A stretch of 63,249 bases of DNA, filler included, from Platydemus manokwari (taxonomy: Eukaryota), in NCBI GenBank assembly GCA_037951405.1. It is 5 parts of 5 records of this genome, joined end to end, with 100 filler letters (N's around TTAATTAATTAA, not from the genome) between each part and the next. Parts side by side here need not be neighbours in the genome. Positions count along the whole stretch, not along the records: positions 1 to 19,057 come from JBBMOY010111121.1; positions 19,158 to 30,325 come from JBBMOY010861089.1; 3 more parts are not named here. One strand, written 5' to 3'. Positions 13,613 to 28,095 of this stretch are shown piece after piece. Numbering within the stretch: the first letter of the stretch is position 1; each line of letters opens with the position of its first letter. The notes beneath the pieces were generated by a model. It ran no database searches, was not told where the DNA came from, and saw only the letters and a program-made list of their open reading frames with translations. The translations under genes were made by a program, and so were the position numbers.

Positions 13613-14682
13613 ATGTATTGAACTTAATTTATTTTTCAATATCTACCTTTGAAAGTTTTTGAAATGAAATTTTAAAATTCCAAATAATTCTGCGTAGCTT
13701 ATATATTTATTAAAATTATATTTTAAATGATTTGCTTTAATTTATTGTTGAATTCACCATATAGATAATGTTACATAACGCAAATTTCTATCTAATAAAA
13801 AACATACAGTAACAAGTCGCAAAAAATACGCCACAGTACGCGTAAAGTATTTTTATAAAAATTTTGATTAAAGTGAGCAATGATTTTCATCGTATTAATC
13901 AATCAGCTTGTAATAGCAACCACGACTATTATGGTTAAAAATATCTCAATAAAAGGATTTAGAATATGATTCAAAAAAATTGTAGTAAGTTCATTAGGAA
14001 AGAACAAGGAAATGGAATAAAAAGCTATTTTCGAATAAAGAATAAACTAATTGAATGAAGAACACGCGATGTGATTGACATATTAATGTGTCAAATCAAT
14101 ATTTGTGACATTAATAGACTATTTATAGCATTATTAAATAAAATAAAATTTTCAAAAACAATTTAAATTTTAAGTTTCGAAATTTTTGGGCATTGTTTGA
14201 GAGTTTTCATTTAAATGAATATTTTTACTCAAGTAATTTATACAACAAATAAATTAATAGTCATTTAAAACTTTAAATTAAAAACTGACATTACTTGATA
14301 GACAAAATTTATTAAAAGTATAAAAATGAACTTTTGCCTGTAATCGCGAAGCCTCACACGAATCCATATCGAAAAATGATTTTAGAATTCCAATAATTTA
14401 TTTTAAAGTAAAGTAAATTTTAAGATCGTAACAATAATTTTAGTTATAAAAAATATTTAAAAAACTAAAACTTTAATTTTATTTTATCACATATCAACTG
14501 AAGCGTATAAGATATTATACTGTAAAACATAAAGATTCACATTATAGCAAATTGCATTCATTCGAAGTTCATATTAAGTGACGAACAAGATGAAATTCAA
14601 CATTTTATAAAAATTTAATTTTACAAACGTTAAATTGAAAAATTTTAATTTCATTTTGATTTTTCACATTATTGATATTTAG

Positions 14683-15352
14683 GATCTAAATAGACAAAAT
14701 GTGTATGTATGGATCAGAGTAAATTTAAGATATTATTTAACTTATTAGGACTGAATAAAAATTATTAGATAATTTATTGATTAAAAGTTAATCATTAAGA
14801 AAAATAAAAACTATCACCATTTGATGTTTATTGTTTATTGTTTTACTTTTTCAATTTATTGTATATTAAACTATTCTAATTAAATTTTTGAATAATCTTT
14901 AAAATAAACTAATAAATATATGTCCAATTTTTTATGCGGGTAAGAATTTAGAGTATATTTAATAATTTTAAAATTCCATATCATTTTCATTTTAAAAATT
15001 TTTTAAATTTGTGTTGGCATTTTTAAATTGTTATATTTAAATGTTAATTTCAGCGTGGATTGGGTTGAACTTCACGAACCTTTTAATAATCAAACAGTAT
15101 ATATTAGTTTATCTACTGGCATAACTTCAGAAAAACGACCATTAAATGTAGATATGTAAGATTCTCATTCAATTCATTATTTTCGATTTTGACTTGGAAT
15201 TTTTTCTCCATAGTAAAAATGCATATGAATTTGATTGGTGGGAACTACTCGATTCGAAATCAAATCGATTTTACTATTTCAACACGACAAACAAGCAAAC
15301 TACTTGGATTAAACCTCAATCAAATTCGATTATCCCTTTTGGTAATGTACAG
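14683..15352 (+). CDS. ARHGAP39: 5' exons (two WW domains) of Rho GTPase-activating protein 39 / vilse; rest of gene not found in window
   Basis: Exon ~15054-15155 VDWVELHEPFNNQTVYISLSTGITSEKRPLNVD and exon ~15214-15352 KNAYEFDWWELLDSKSNRFYYFNTTNKQTTWIKPQSNSIIPFGNVQ match the ARHGAP39 N-terminus (WVEIIEP...WWELFD..TSRFYYYN..T..T.W..P....IIPL..LQ). A phase-compatible 20-nt micro-exon candidate lies at 14683-14702. Confidence 0.8.
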
Positions 15353-18300
15353 GTAATTATTATTATTATTTGTAGTATATTAAGTGCAAAAATTAATTTC
15401 GTCTTTCGTTAAATGTTTCAATGTCAATTATATTTAACAGTTATAATTAAATTTCTTCAAATATTTTTCAGTAAATTTTACTTTGTAATGTTAAAAATTA
15501 TCAATGATAATAACTGTTGATTATATATTATTATTATTTGTTGTTGACCACCGGATCAGTTGAAACAATTTGCTATGATAATAGATTTATGTTGAATGAA
15601 TATTTGGGAGTCTTGAAAAAATGTTTTAGTTATTTAAAAGAAAGAAAAATTTCACGTTGGCATTTGAGGCGTTTATTTTTTCTTAAATATTCCCGCCAGT
15701 GTTTTGTTAAGAATGACAAAATGTTCAGATATTACCATTGATTCTTCTCTATTAACATGATCTATTCATATTATCCCTATTTTTCCTTTTTTTCTTTATT
15801 TTTTCTTATTTTTTATCTTTTTGCCTATAATTTCTGTGGTTATTTTTCATTCTTCTATCTTTTTGTCTTATTTTTGTCTGTTTTTTTTCTTTTCATTTCC
15901 CGTTTCAATCATTTCTGTCTTTAATTCAAATAATAAATTCCTGAGATTGGTGAGTAGTAATGACAATTGAGTTGTATTCATCATTATAGTTTTTCAATTA
16001 AATAAATTACACATTCTTCTCTAAAGTGAATCAATATTTGAAGTGTAAACCTTGAAAATTCATAAATCGTGTTTATCATTTGATTGCGTAACCCCGTTAT
16101 TATTATTATTAAACAATTATTGTTGGATTAACTGATTACGTCATGATATGCTGGTTTCTTCTGTGCTTTGTGTTTATTTTGTCGAGATTTATCTTTCGAT
16201 ACTTTTCTGATATTTTTTTTTCTTTTTAATTTACGATATTCGTTTTTTTTCATTTTTTTTACAATTTTATTTAAGCATAACCCTAACCTATCTCGACCCT
16301 CAAAACACCTCCATTTATTTCATTTAAGTCTGATAGAATATCTAAATGAATATCTTAAACTGTGAAATTTTTGGTGCTGAATTTGAACTTAAATTTGTTT
16401 CCCTTTCTATGGGAAAAATCAGTTGAGAGTTGTGAATAATCCTGAACATTTGAATCCGCTATGAAATTGGATTTCAATAAATTCTCATAAAAATATGATT
16501 TTTGAAGTGCACATCGGTTGAGATTTGCATGGAATGAATTTCAAAATAAATCGATTGTGTTTATCATTGTCATTACGTAATCCGGTTATTAATTATTAAC
16601 GGTTTCCGTGGGATTAATTGTTGGATATCATCTCGGTTCATTGCACAGTTTATCGATGATTAATATCACAAAATTGAATTGTGTTCGTGTTTTTGTTCGA
16701 ATAGTTCTCTTCGTTTCGTCTCATTCTATCAATTCGATTGGAAATCACACACACGCACACACAAAAAAATCATAATAAATTCTGTTTAACCATTAAACTA
16801 CATACGAAATGATCTTTATCGTTTTCTCGACAAATGAACAATATCATCAAGCAAAAATGAAATTCGATGATGAGGGAAATTTGTGAATAGACCGGAAAAA
16901 TATCAAATTTCCCTTCTTCTTCTCACCTAGGATAATATATGGCATTTATATGGTATAGGCCTGTGATAGGAATATTTCTAAAAAGTCACCCAACTGATGA
17001 TATTTTTTGGAAATAATTTCATACTCGTAAGAATCGTTTTCAATAAAATTTCAAGATGAGATAATGCCATTGCAGGGGTAAATAAAATAAGTATAAACTA
17101 TCAAAAATAATTTTTCATCGTTTTCCCATATTTTATGGGATTTTAATGTGGAAATTCACTGTTAAGAATATCGAATATGCGATTGAAAAATCATCGACAA
17201 AATCTTTTTAGATATTATTCCAAATTTTATTTCCAATTATTGATAGCCGCCAAATCGCTCCCAATGTAAATTATTCAACCTCCTCTCTGTGAACGAGTTT
17301 GAAAACGCAATTTAGAATAATTTTCAAATGTATTTTTCCCCATATTTTTCGTAAAAATCAATAATATTTCACAATCAATTATTCTTCTATAATATTTGTC
17401 CATTTGGTACTACAAATCTGTGGTTATTCTCATTCCTTCCTCATCTGTTCGTAGCAGTCGTCGCACAATGAGAAGATTAAAGCATTTTTCGTTAATATGC
17501 ACAACATGTCTAGAAAAATGTCCAGGGTCAAGCAATGCTGTCATGATTTGAATGAATTTTTTTTAATATATGTATTCAGTCACAGAAAAATGGTGTATTG
17601 ATTTTATTACTTTCCCTTGAAAAGTCATTTTTACATGAATTCACTTCCAGTGGATATTGAAAGAAATCTCTTTTCATTCTTTAGACTGAACAAGTCTATT
17701 ATATATATATATATGAATCCATTGGCAATCATTTGGTGTTTATCGATGTTTGGCCATGTATCTAATATTGTAATCATCAAAACCAAATTGAACTTAGTTT
17801 TTCGCCTTGACAATGAGAAGTAGTTCAATCGTATAAAAATTAATTTCAATCTCATATGTTGATGGGAGAAACAAAATTTTTCAAAATCACAATTTGTTTT
17901 TAATCTCCCAATATTCAATAAATTTGTCTGATATCTCTCTGTTTGATTTTTGGGGAATGGATGAAATTGAAATAAAAGGAAACTTGTTGGGAAATTAAAT
18001 ATTTTTTTTGTTATTTCGCTTTTAATGTTTTGGCATTTGATATTTTTGTGTTATCATTTATAAATCGTTGAACTTGTTTTGTTTTAATGCGACACTCATT
18101 GTTCAAAATAAATACCTGATGCATTACAAAAACGATATTTGTGTTCATAGATGACGATTATCATTATTATGATTATTATTATGAAATGTGTTTTAAGTGT
18201 CACATGGTTTGATTGAAATGGTACTGAATCTATATTCATTCAACTATTGTTAGATACTTTTCAGTCAATATTAATGCGTAATAACTGGATTTCAGACCAT

Positions 18301-19057
18301 CATCAAATCTGTACAGATTTTGTTTTCAGTGTGTCTATATTTTCAGTTAATATTAAATAACGTTTTAATTGTGAAGAATATATATATTTATAGATAAAAT
18401 AAAATTACTATTATAAGATCACTGATTCCCTGAATTAGAAAACAAATATGACATCCGATAAAAGGTTCTTTTGGAATAAGGATATTTAACTTAGATGTTA
18501 TCCATTTTTTATTATATGCAATTGATGTAGGATTTATTATTAGAGGCTCCATTTGATTATAAATTCATTTGTCAAAAATGATGGATTGAGAAAGAAAGAA
18601 TCGGTGGAGAAATATATTTATCAAAAATTATAATAGTAACATATAAATATATCATCACCTGTTAATATATTGATTGAATGAATCGAATTTAATATCGACT
18701 CAAATTATCACGAATTTGGTTTCTAACATTTTTTAATTGTTATTACAAACGGACTAATAGAAATCTGAAACACAAAATATTCACTACATTACGATCTGTT
18801 GCAATGACGGCTGGATTGGATTATTCTCTTTTATTTTTCAAAAATATATCAGCAACTAACTTCGAATTGTTGTCACTCTCACCAATATTAGAATGTAAAC
18901 AAGAAGTCAGAAATCATTGGTAAATGTAGACGAATTTAGATTGTCAACGTTTTACCATAATAACTGCCAACATGAATTGAATTGAATTAAAAGAGAGCTT
19001 GTTTATTATTGTATTATTAGTTTGATTACAAAGTAATGATAGAATATATGTGACATG

Positions 19058-19157
19058 NNNNNNNNNNNNNNNNNNNNNNNNNNNNNNNNNNNNNNNNNNN
19101 NTTAATTAATTAANNNNNNNNNNNNNNNNNNNNNNNNNNNNNNNNNNNNNNNNNNNN
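19058..19157. other. Assembly gap (Ns with TTAATTAATTAA linker)
   Basis: 100-bp N run with a central six-frame-stop linker; same structure in all four gaps. Confidence 0.98.
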
Positions 19158-19799
19158 AAAAATATTATTAAAATAAATAAACATTTCTACTGAATATATT
19201 AGTGAATATTTTTCTTCAGTAAGGAAAGATAATTGTATATTTTAAAATATTAGAGAATTAATATAATTTGGTTTTTATTTTCATGAAAGTTTGATCGATT
19301 TTTGATTTAACATTAACTCTGATTTTATGACCTTACTAACTAGATGTATCAAGTATTCATTATTTACCTTTGTGATGGATAGATTCCATGGGACTCAACG
19401 TTCATAAATTACAATGAATTTATTATAAAAAATTTTATCATTCCAATTTCAATTGGCTTATAACAATCATAATTTATGTGTATTACAAAACACTTTAAGA
19501 TTATTAGTTTGTTAAGTTTAACAGAATTTTAAATTTTAATGATGAAAAATGAAAATCACCATTTTAGTGATTATTAATCTATTAAATTTATTCTTTATTA
19601 AACAGTGGAACTGAATTAAAGTCACTTCATATGAAAATTTATTCGTCATTTATATGCAAGTTTTAGTGAAAAGTTAAATAAAAATGTTTCACCATTTACA
19701 TCACGATTAAAGTTGTTGCTATTTTTGGTTTGCTGAATTGATGATGGAATATTATTATGTAAGCTATCTTAATCTTATTAGAAAAAAAAAATCTAATAT

Positions 19800-21250
19800 T
19801 AATTACAAATAAACAAGTTCTTCTTGAGGCGAAGGGAAATCCCTCATCTCTGTTTGAGTTGGTAATAGTATTTAGCTTTTTGTTGGTAGCTTGAGTTCCA
19901 GTTAATGGTTGAGGAATGCTTCTACAAACCATGGTTGACGGCAGCACCGTATATTGCGACTTGTCATTAGTTTTTCTGATTTTTGATTTTTTTGGTGAGA
20001 AGTTTGTGAGCAGACTCATACGGGATTCGACAAGACTGATCAAAATTACTGCAATTCTGTTGGAAAATGTGGCAAATCGATGAATTTTTGGACACATTTA
20101 TCGGGATCTCATATTAAGTTAACACTGCCGAGACGTCATCTTACTTGTCAGGAAATTTCTAAGTAGGGTAATGAGTTCGTGCTTGAATGCATTGTGGTGG
20201 ACTGTTTCGTTGGGAATTGTGAAATTTTGGATGAATTTGTCGGGAGCTTTTCTTTATGTTTATCTTGACGGGACGTTATTTGTTGACATTGGGTTTTTGT
20301 TAGTAGATCTTATCCATCACATAGAATATTGCATTTGGTTGATGATCCCATAGATGTATAGACCTACAGTGACAAACGTCTCGGTGAGACTTGAGCATTT
20401 CAAGAGAAGGAGAAGGAGGGTACCAGTGCTGAAATTTTGATAATTTATTCTGATGGGCCCACTTTTGTTATCTTCAATAAAACAATATTAATGATCAGAA
20501 TCAGAATGACTTGTGTTTGTGTGATAATTGGAATACAGGAATTGGAATTAGAAGCTTGTGCTCAGGCAACGGAGAACTGTCTGAGACGAATGGATCACAA
20601 TTGAGTTAATGGCAACAATTACTGTCTGGTTGTGCTGAGTATGTATATATTGTGTGGGGAGAGGTAAGGAAAAGCTAAGCATACTAGAGATTTCTCAGCA
20701 AATGGAACTTTGGCTGAACTGTAAGACTTAATTTCATTAAGAATCCGAATAGAGTTTAGGTGGTGATTCGAAGTTGAGTAGGACAATCATTGTAGTGGTT
20801 GATGTGGTTGTTTGGAGTTTCCTTTCATTGTATTATGTTGCAGTGATTGTTTTCTGGGATTTGCGAAATTCTGGACACACTTGGCGGGATCTCACATAAA
20901 GTTGAAATTGACGCGACGTTATTGTTTTAGTTGAGAATGAATAAGTTTGCCGGTGTTTTTGCGCACTGAGAATGTTGCTGAAAATTTTTTAAGGCAAAAC
21001 AACTGAAGAACAATTGGTAAATTGATTTCCAAAATGAATAATTGTATCTTAAAATTATTAAAAGAAGCGTCATTGAGAATACAAATGAATCCGTACAAGG
21101 GCACGGAGTTACAAAGGATATCGTCTTGTATGATTGCGAGGAAATTTGTGAATGGGAACTGAGGTGGAGTTACAAAATGCGACACTGAGAGTAAAGTGAT
21201 CGTGTATTCAAATTTATCAATCACAGAACAATGCGACTATCAGAGATTCA
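19800..21250 (-). mobile_element. Decayed non-LTR (LINE-like) retroelement remnant with internal duplication
   Basis: A/C-rich minus strand with fragmented reading frames; the duplicated motif NL(I/M)*DP(D/A)KCVQ(K/N)F occurs at ~20085-20135 and ~20865-20920. Confidence 0.35.
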
Positions 21251-21959
21251 ACCAGAGAATTTTTATAAACCTAACAATTATAATAACTACGTGTTTAAAG
21301 TTTCTTTGTTACAAAATAATATTTATAAATCATTTTTATTGATAAAATTTAAAGTTATCGCATGATTTTACTACTTATTAAATACCAGATTTTATAAAAT
21401 TGCTGACTTTCAGATAAGAGACTTTTGCCATAATAATAACCATTAAATATAATTGAAAAGATAAAGTTTATAATGATTTTTTGAAGGACTTAATCAAGAA
21501 ACGAAATAAAATTTGATAATTAATAAGTGACCACAATAAAATGTACCGAATGTATACTACTTTTAAAAACATGGTTTTTTTAATAAGTGGTATTTAAAAT
21601 TATCATAAGAAATAAATTTCCATTTCATATTAAATAAAGAAGATCATCGGCTATAGCCCACACAATCATCATTATATCATAAACTATTTTAATTTCCTTC
21701 TGAAGGTCAAGATTTTCTTTCAAATCAACGAACGAACGTGCTTATCTTGAAACTACAAACTGTTCATGATACAAACCAGTTTCAATAGTCTAATGCTAAT
21801 ATTAAAACAAAATTATCATAAGCAAACATCAGTTATTTGATAAAGAAAGACGAACAAAATTAAACAAAAAAATTTTTAGCATTCGAATTGAAATTAATTT
21901 TGACCAAACCAACAAACGGAATTTATTTAATTTAAAAACGAAATTTTTAATTTATAATT

Positions 21960-22700
21960 GATATTATTCGGGGTGAGAATAATGTCTTCGCAATTGGAAG
22001 GAATGGATTCTGTTATGATAATTACTCTGTATATTTCTATATATTTCGCTTATAGCTCCGATTTTTCCAAACATTCCTTTTACTTGTAGAAGTATAATAA
22101 ATATGTCTCCCAGATTTGTTTTAATTCGCATCTCCTTTATGTGATTGCTTGAAAAATATTCTCCGAAAACTACGATTGAACTTTTGTGTTTGGTTATCCC
22201 GGTGGACAATCGCTTCATTTCTTTACGGGAAAAAGGAATTTAATTATTTCTTTATTTCTCAATGAATATCTACTGAGAATTTGTGATTATTATTTCCTTC
22301 AACTCGATTAAAATGTTTCTTTATTTTTCAATGGAACTTTTTCATTATCGGATTTTGATCAGTATTTTTTAATATATTATAAACCTATGAGTTTGAGAAA
22401 GATAATTGATGAGATGTTGTCAATATTGATTTATCTTAGCTGAAGGAGTCTCCAGTGAATTTCTAAAATTATCAGTCATAGATGATATATTAATAATCGA
22501 TATAAGGAAAGTTTGTTTATGATAATTACGGTATCAATTATGAGCCCGTCATGAAACGGAAGTTGATGATCAAATTTAAAACCATCCAATTATTGGCCGT
22601 ACAGATTTGAAGGATTATAGTTATCATTGAAATTTAAATAATTATGATTAACATTTAACGAAGGATTAAAGTTTCAATCTCTTGGAAAACATGAAGAAAA
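21960..22700 (-). mobile_element. Degenerate Penelope-like element (RT C-terminal region)
   Basis: Minus strand LPFHDGLI at ~22540-22563 resembles the Penelope LPFLDVLI motif, followed by HW and KIPF-like remnants; many stops. Confidence 0.4.
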
Positions 22701-25700
22701 ATAAGTAATAATTCCAATATGTGCAAAGTTTTCTAATTTTTCGAAAATACACAGAAGGATATACTAATATAAAATCTAATACAAGAGGTGCCCGTGATCA
22801 ATGATAAGGGATGATGAGGTTGAGTGAAGTAGTTGTAGGCTCGAATCAGATAAACATCATAATCCTAAATGATAAAATCCAATATGTTGCGATGTTGATC
22901 ATAAACTAGATGAACCCATTATGTCGTAAAGTTTAGAAGTGCTCTAACATGACGGCTAGGTTCAAATTACCTAATACGACTTCTATTATAATTCTGGTGC
23001 ACATTGAACAAAGACAAATACGTCTTTCTAACTAAGTTATATTTTAATTACACTTCATAAGAAATATCAATATTACAAGGACACAGGTCCTAATAAAGTC
23101 AAGTTAATAAAACGAAGACCAATTTCCTATATTTTTCTGGATATTTTGGCTCATAATCTACGCCTGGCTAATAATACACTACTAATACAGTGTTTCATCG
23201 CTAGTAAAAAATGCTTCACTCCCTTACAGCTATACTTGTTGCATGGTTAACTACTTTATCTGTTCAATAGCTTTTCGTTGAATGGAGAAAATAAATAGTT
23301 TATTTATTTCAGTTAGCATAAATAACTGACAATTGTTATTTTAAACCTTAAATTTCTAACCTTTATAATTTATGTACTGAATAATTAAATCTAACCTTAA
23401 AAATTATTATATAATTTTATTTTAAAATGTCAGTCATTAATTAATAGTAATTTAACTTTTATTTATTATTGATTTTTAGTCATTGATTTTTATTATTTGA
23501 ATAAATTTTACTTTTTACTCTCATTTACTGTACCTTACATTCATTTTATCTTATATTTTATTTATCTTTAAGCTCAACGATATTATTCTTTTTACCACTT
23601 AGTGCACATTGACGTGGAACAGAATTTTTCTGATTTAAAAAATATATTTAATAATAATCAAGTGAATGAATTCAGTTATAAAATAAGCATTATCCCATTC
23701 AATTCTGAAATATTGCCATAAAGACTTTTTCTACTTATGTCGATATATAATATCGCTGTATCTACTTAAGTTCTATTTTATAGAACAAAAACCGTTTATA
23801 AATAATAACTTTCACGATTCCACTGATCCTTTAAAGTAAACTTTGTATAAATTGTAATTATAGTTTTGCTTGTTTCTGCTAAAATGGCTGCTATTCACTG
23901 ATTTATTCGAGTATTTATTTTGAAAATTTTGTTCTTAGCGTTATCATACTTTTAGGTTTATATATTTTAGATTTCAAATCTTTTAGGTTTCGTGTTCGCG
24001 TTATACATACCTTAGCGTGTTTATTTATTATTTTTTCCCACACTTCTTTAATATTGGTAATTTTCCACGCTTTCTCAAAAATCTTATTTATATCTTCTTT
24101 TGATTATATTTTTTTATGATGGACGATTTTTATTTTATTTATATTATTAATTTTTCATATAATTTTTTAACATAATTTTTACCATTACTAATATCACAGT
24201 TGTTGTCATCACATTTACATAAAATAACTTCGTTTGTTAATTATACTTCTTTCTTATTTGTTCTACTTTATCATTTATATTTTGGAATCGAATTTTCCAC
24301 CTCCACGGATTTATTATGAAAGTGTCTTTTATATCGGCCAATTATGAATCCATTTAATCTTGTTCTCAAATCCGCATTAATAATTCCAGCTTAGTTCTCA
24401 ATTTTCCCAATAAGAAGAAGTCTCAATTAAAGAGATTAAAATTTCAAAAAATTTCAGATTTTGTTCTTTTCAGATAATAGAAGCAGAGAAAATTTGAAAA
24501 TGCCACTTATTTACTGAGATAATTAAAGATTTATTCAAGATATATTTCTTTTAGTTTACAGAAGTATTTTTCTGGCCTCTCATTTCCGAATAAGAAATAT
24601 ACGAATGTAAAATAAATGATTTCAATATTTCAGAAATATTTTAAGAACGGTAACAGTTGTGGATTAAAATCAATAGGAATTTTCAAATCACGAAAAGGAC
24701 AAAAACAATGATCAACATACATGCTTAAACAACCAATGAAAAATAACCGCATTCACAAACTTATACTTCTACAAATCTTCACATATTCAAGAATTAACGG
24801 AACAAAAACTTTAAACAAAAATTCTTAAAATTCAATAAAACACAGTGCAGGAAGACAGAAACAAATTTAGTAGTGTTCAATCAGCAGCCAAGTAGTGGAT
24901 CTGGAAAGTTTGATCAACTTTCTCATATTTCTCACTTTTATTTACCAATGAGTTTGACCTCTTTTAATTTTCGTTTATTTTGAGCTATTTGCGAATTAGT
25001 AGTCTACTTCTGGCATAATTCATGTTTGGGTTATTTTGAACATTTCGATGAAAAATACTTTTAGTTACTTTTACTGTACATGTTTGATAAGGATTAAGAA
25101 TTCAAATTTTTATTGGTGATTTTGGGATAAAAAGTTTTAATATTGCAAGTTTTCTATACAGAAATTTTGGGGAAATATAGAAAGACTGGTACTCTAATCA
25201 GAAAGTGAAGAAACTGCGAGTGTACAAGAGAACGGAAGGATACTTATTACCTTTAGGGAAAAGAAAAACGCCGAATCAGGGTCGACAAGATACCAAACCA
25301 CATCAAAAAAGTATGTTCTGATAAACAAAAAAGTATGAAATGAATTTCATAATACTTGGCAGCAGTGGCTAGTTTGAAAAAAAGCCTGGGAAGAGAAGAA
25401 AAAGACCTGGGACTAGAGAAAGTGGAGTGTTGACTCGGATGCTTAGAATCAACTGAGGTCAACTAATGCAATCTTCGAATCCTAAATGTGTTATTATTTA
25501 TAAACCTATTCAATGTTCAAGACATTTTATATATATAATTTACAGGAATTAAATCAGTCCACAAAAATTAAAATAAATAAAATTAATAAGATAAATTAAG
25601 AAAAAGAAATTGTTTATAAATTAAAAATATCAAATTACCGAAATTTAAAAATTTTAAATACCAAAATTTTATTATCTAAATTTATAACAATATTTTCCAA

Positions 25701-27322
25701 GAAAATTTCGTTGCAAAGTACAGAAAACATTAAAATTCTAGCGAATGATCGTCGGTACAATGTATTCATCATCGACGACTATATAATTTAATGTTTAAAA
25801 CGATAATTCAATCATTTTGAAATTACGAAGTAGTGATGAAACTTAAAAGCGTTAAAAATATAATTGTTGAAGTCACGAAATTTAGAATTTTGATAATATT
25901 TTATTAAATATCTCAATGATCTGTCAAAACGATCTTTCCATTTTGGACTCTAAATAACTATATTACTAAAATCTGTAACTCTAAAATCACTAATCAGTGT
26001 ATAGCGTTCTTGTTTTTTTATCAGGGCAAGATAACCAAACCTTGATCTGAATTAAAATTGATAGATTAAATCAAATTTGTGTGGAAATTATGGCATCTTT
26101 GAAAATAAATTTAAATAAAATTTATTAGCTGTGTGCATTCATTTAATAACTTGACATATTATCAAATTTGTGTTGAGTTATCAAATTAACGTCCGCAACC
26201 CAAAAGAAACTAATCATTTAAACCAAGATATTTCTCAATTAATAGGTTGTCTTAATATATTTTTATTTTTAAACTTTATCCATATTCTACTCCATCAGGA
26301 AAGTCATTATATAAGATTGAAATTGTTTCAGGAATCGCCAACAATTCTATTAGCAGTCATTAAAAGAAACATAATTCTTAAACAATTAATTCCATTATAA
26401 CAATTTGTGTGAGGAACTAGATAATTTTTGACAATATCAATAACTGATAATATTTAACAATGGAAATAAAAATATGTTCTGTTATAACAAATACTATTAA
26501 CGATTTTAATCGATAAATATCCATCTCAATCCAAACATGAATTATGTCATTCATTATTCAAAGGTTAAGGTAAAATTCTGCACCATTGTTGTAGAGTAAA
26601 CATTTATCATCTTTTTTCAAAGTGATCAAAGAGCAATTCTATATTTGGGTTTGGAGGGATAAAATCTTGTAAAGGAAAAACAATTTTGCACCTTGGTACC
26701 TTATTTTAGCACTCTAAGCGTTTGCATGCCTATACAGCCATATAGGCATAACAACCAACCAACCACAACTAACTTAAAATATAAATTGAAAAAAGGCAAA
26801 GCAACGCAGTAACACACATAGAAAGTAACCGATTCTGAGTACATTAAATCAATAAATCCAATTGAAACTTGATTCATAAAAGATCAAATCGATACGTGCT
26901 AGAAACGCCATACAAAAGTTACCAAATATCGAGTATAAATATTGATGTAAAGATGCTCAACCGCAAGTTTGATGTCGTTGTTTATTGTTGATTATGAAGT
27001 GCTTTGTTGAGTTTAGAATTAATCGTGTTTGAACTGAGTATGACGTTTTAGCGAAATACAGATTGTGATCTTCTATTCTTTTGGAATCCAACATTGGTAT
27101 ACAAATTATCGCACAAAAATATTCGATCATGCAACAATATTTTCTATATACTTCACATTTTCATGTATAATACTCTGTCAGTAGAAATTATCTACAACAC
27201 ATTTTGCATTACTGTTCGCAAACCACGTGGGATTTTCTAGTTTTACCATTTTAATGCCTCGCTACTATTTTTACTTGTTTATAAATACGATAAAAATTAT
27301 TTATCTCGCTTCATATATATTA

Positions 27323-27324
<2 letters not shown>

Positions 27325-27362
<38 letters not shown>
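27325..27362. repeat. (TAT)n microsatellite
   Basis: About 12 consecutive TAT units. Confidence 0.95.
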
Positions 27363-27760
27363 TTGATTGTTATTATCCTATCTCCTATCACTGTTTGTTT
27401 AATATTTCATTTATCTATTTTACATTCATTTATTATTTTATCCTACTTTAAATACTATTTAATATTTTCAATTATATTTTTTTTAAATCTCCTTCGCCTC
27501 TTTTAGATTTCCGATTTGATAATTTATAAGGTACCAAATAATAAAACATAAATATGAATTAATAAATAACTGAAACATTGTTAACGAATAAAGAAAGATA
27601 ATTGTTTTACCAAATATTATTAATTCACATCACACCAATTAATTATAAATAACCACAAGTAAAAGTGTAGAAGTTAAACGTTTCAATATTATATCAGCAT
27701 TTTGTGATTTTATTGAATTTAGCAATGGTACTGAATCTTGTAAGGATTTGTAATTTAAAT

Positions 27761-28095
27761 CAGTGGTCTTCACACTTTTTTTGTGCGACCCACTTTACGA
27801 GCTCAATTTTTTTTGCGGCCCCAAAGGGATTAAAATTAAAATAACAAAGTAATCTTTTTCATACAAAAATTTTTTAACACCAAAAAATTGAAATATATTT
27901 AATAATAACAACGATTTCGAATATTCTGGTATAAAACATTAAATCTTGTCTATGTTTCGGTGATGGCTGGTCTCAGTACTAATTCCAGATTTTTTAAAGT
28001 CGATCGATATTTTGTCTTAATATAAGTCAGTGTAAAAAATGAAATTTCTCGCACTCCCCAAAAAAATTTCGCGACCCCCCTTTTGATAAACACTG
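27761..28095. mobile_element. hAT (Charlie/Buster-type) MITE
   Basis: Ends CAGTGGTCTTCACAC...TTGATAAACACTG; perfect 8-bp TSD ATTTAAAT at 27753-27760 and 28096-28103. Confidence 0.88.

Noticed and set aside
19058-19157. TTAATTAATTAA palindrome repeated four times within N runs
   Set aside because: Identical 100-bp structure at every gap: an artificial six-frame-stop scaffolding linker.
23590-23660. hAT-like C-terminal motif DVEQNFSDLKNIF
   Set aside because: Too short and degenerate to annotate; no TIRs found.
27227-27451. Poly-Tyr ORF and similar F/I/L/Y-rich short ORFs (9056, 9309, 16168, 44802, 46491, 56105)
   Set aside because: By-products of microsatellites and extreme AT content.
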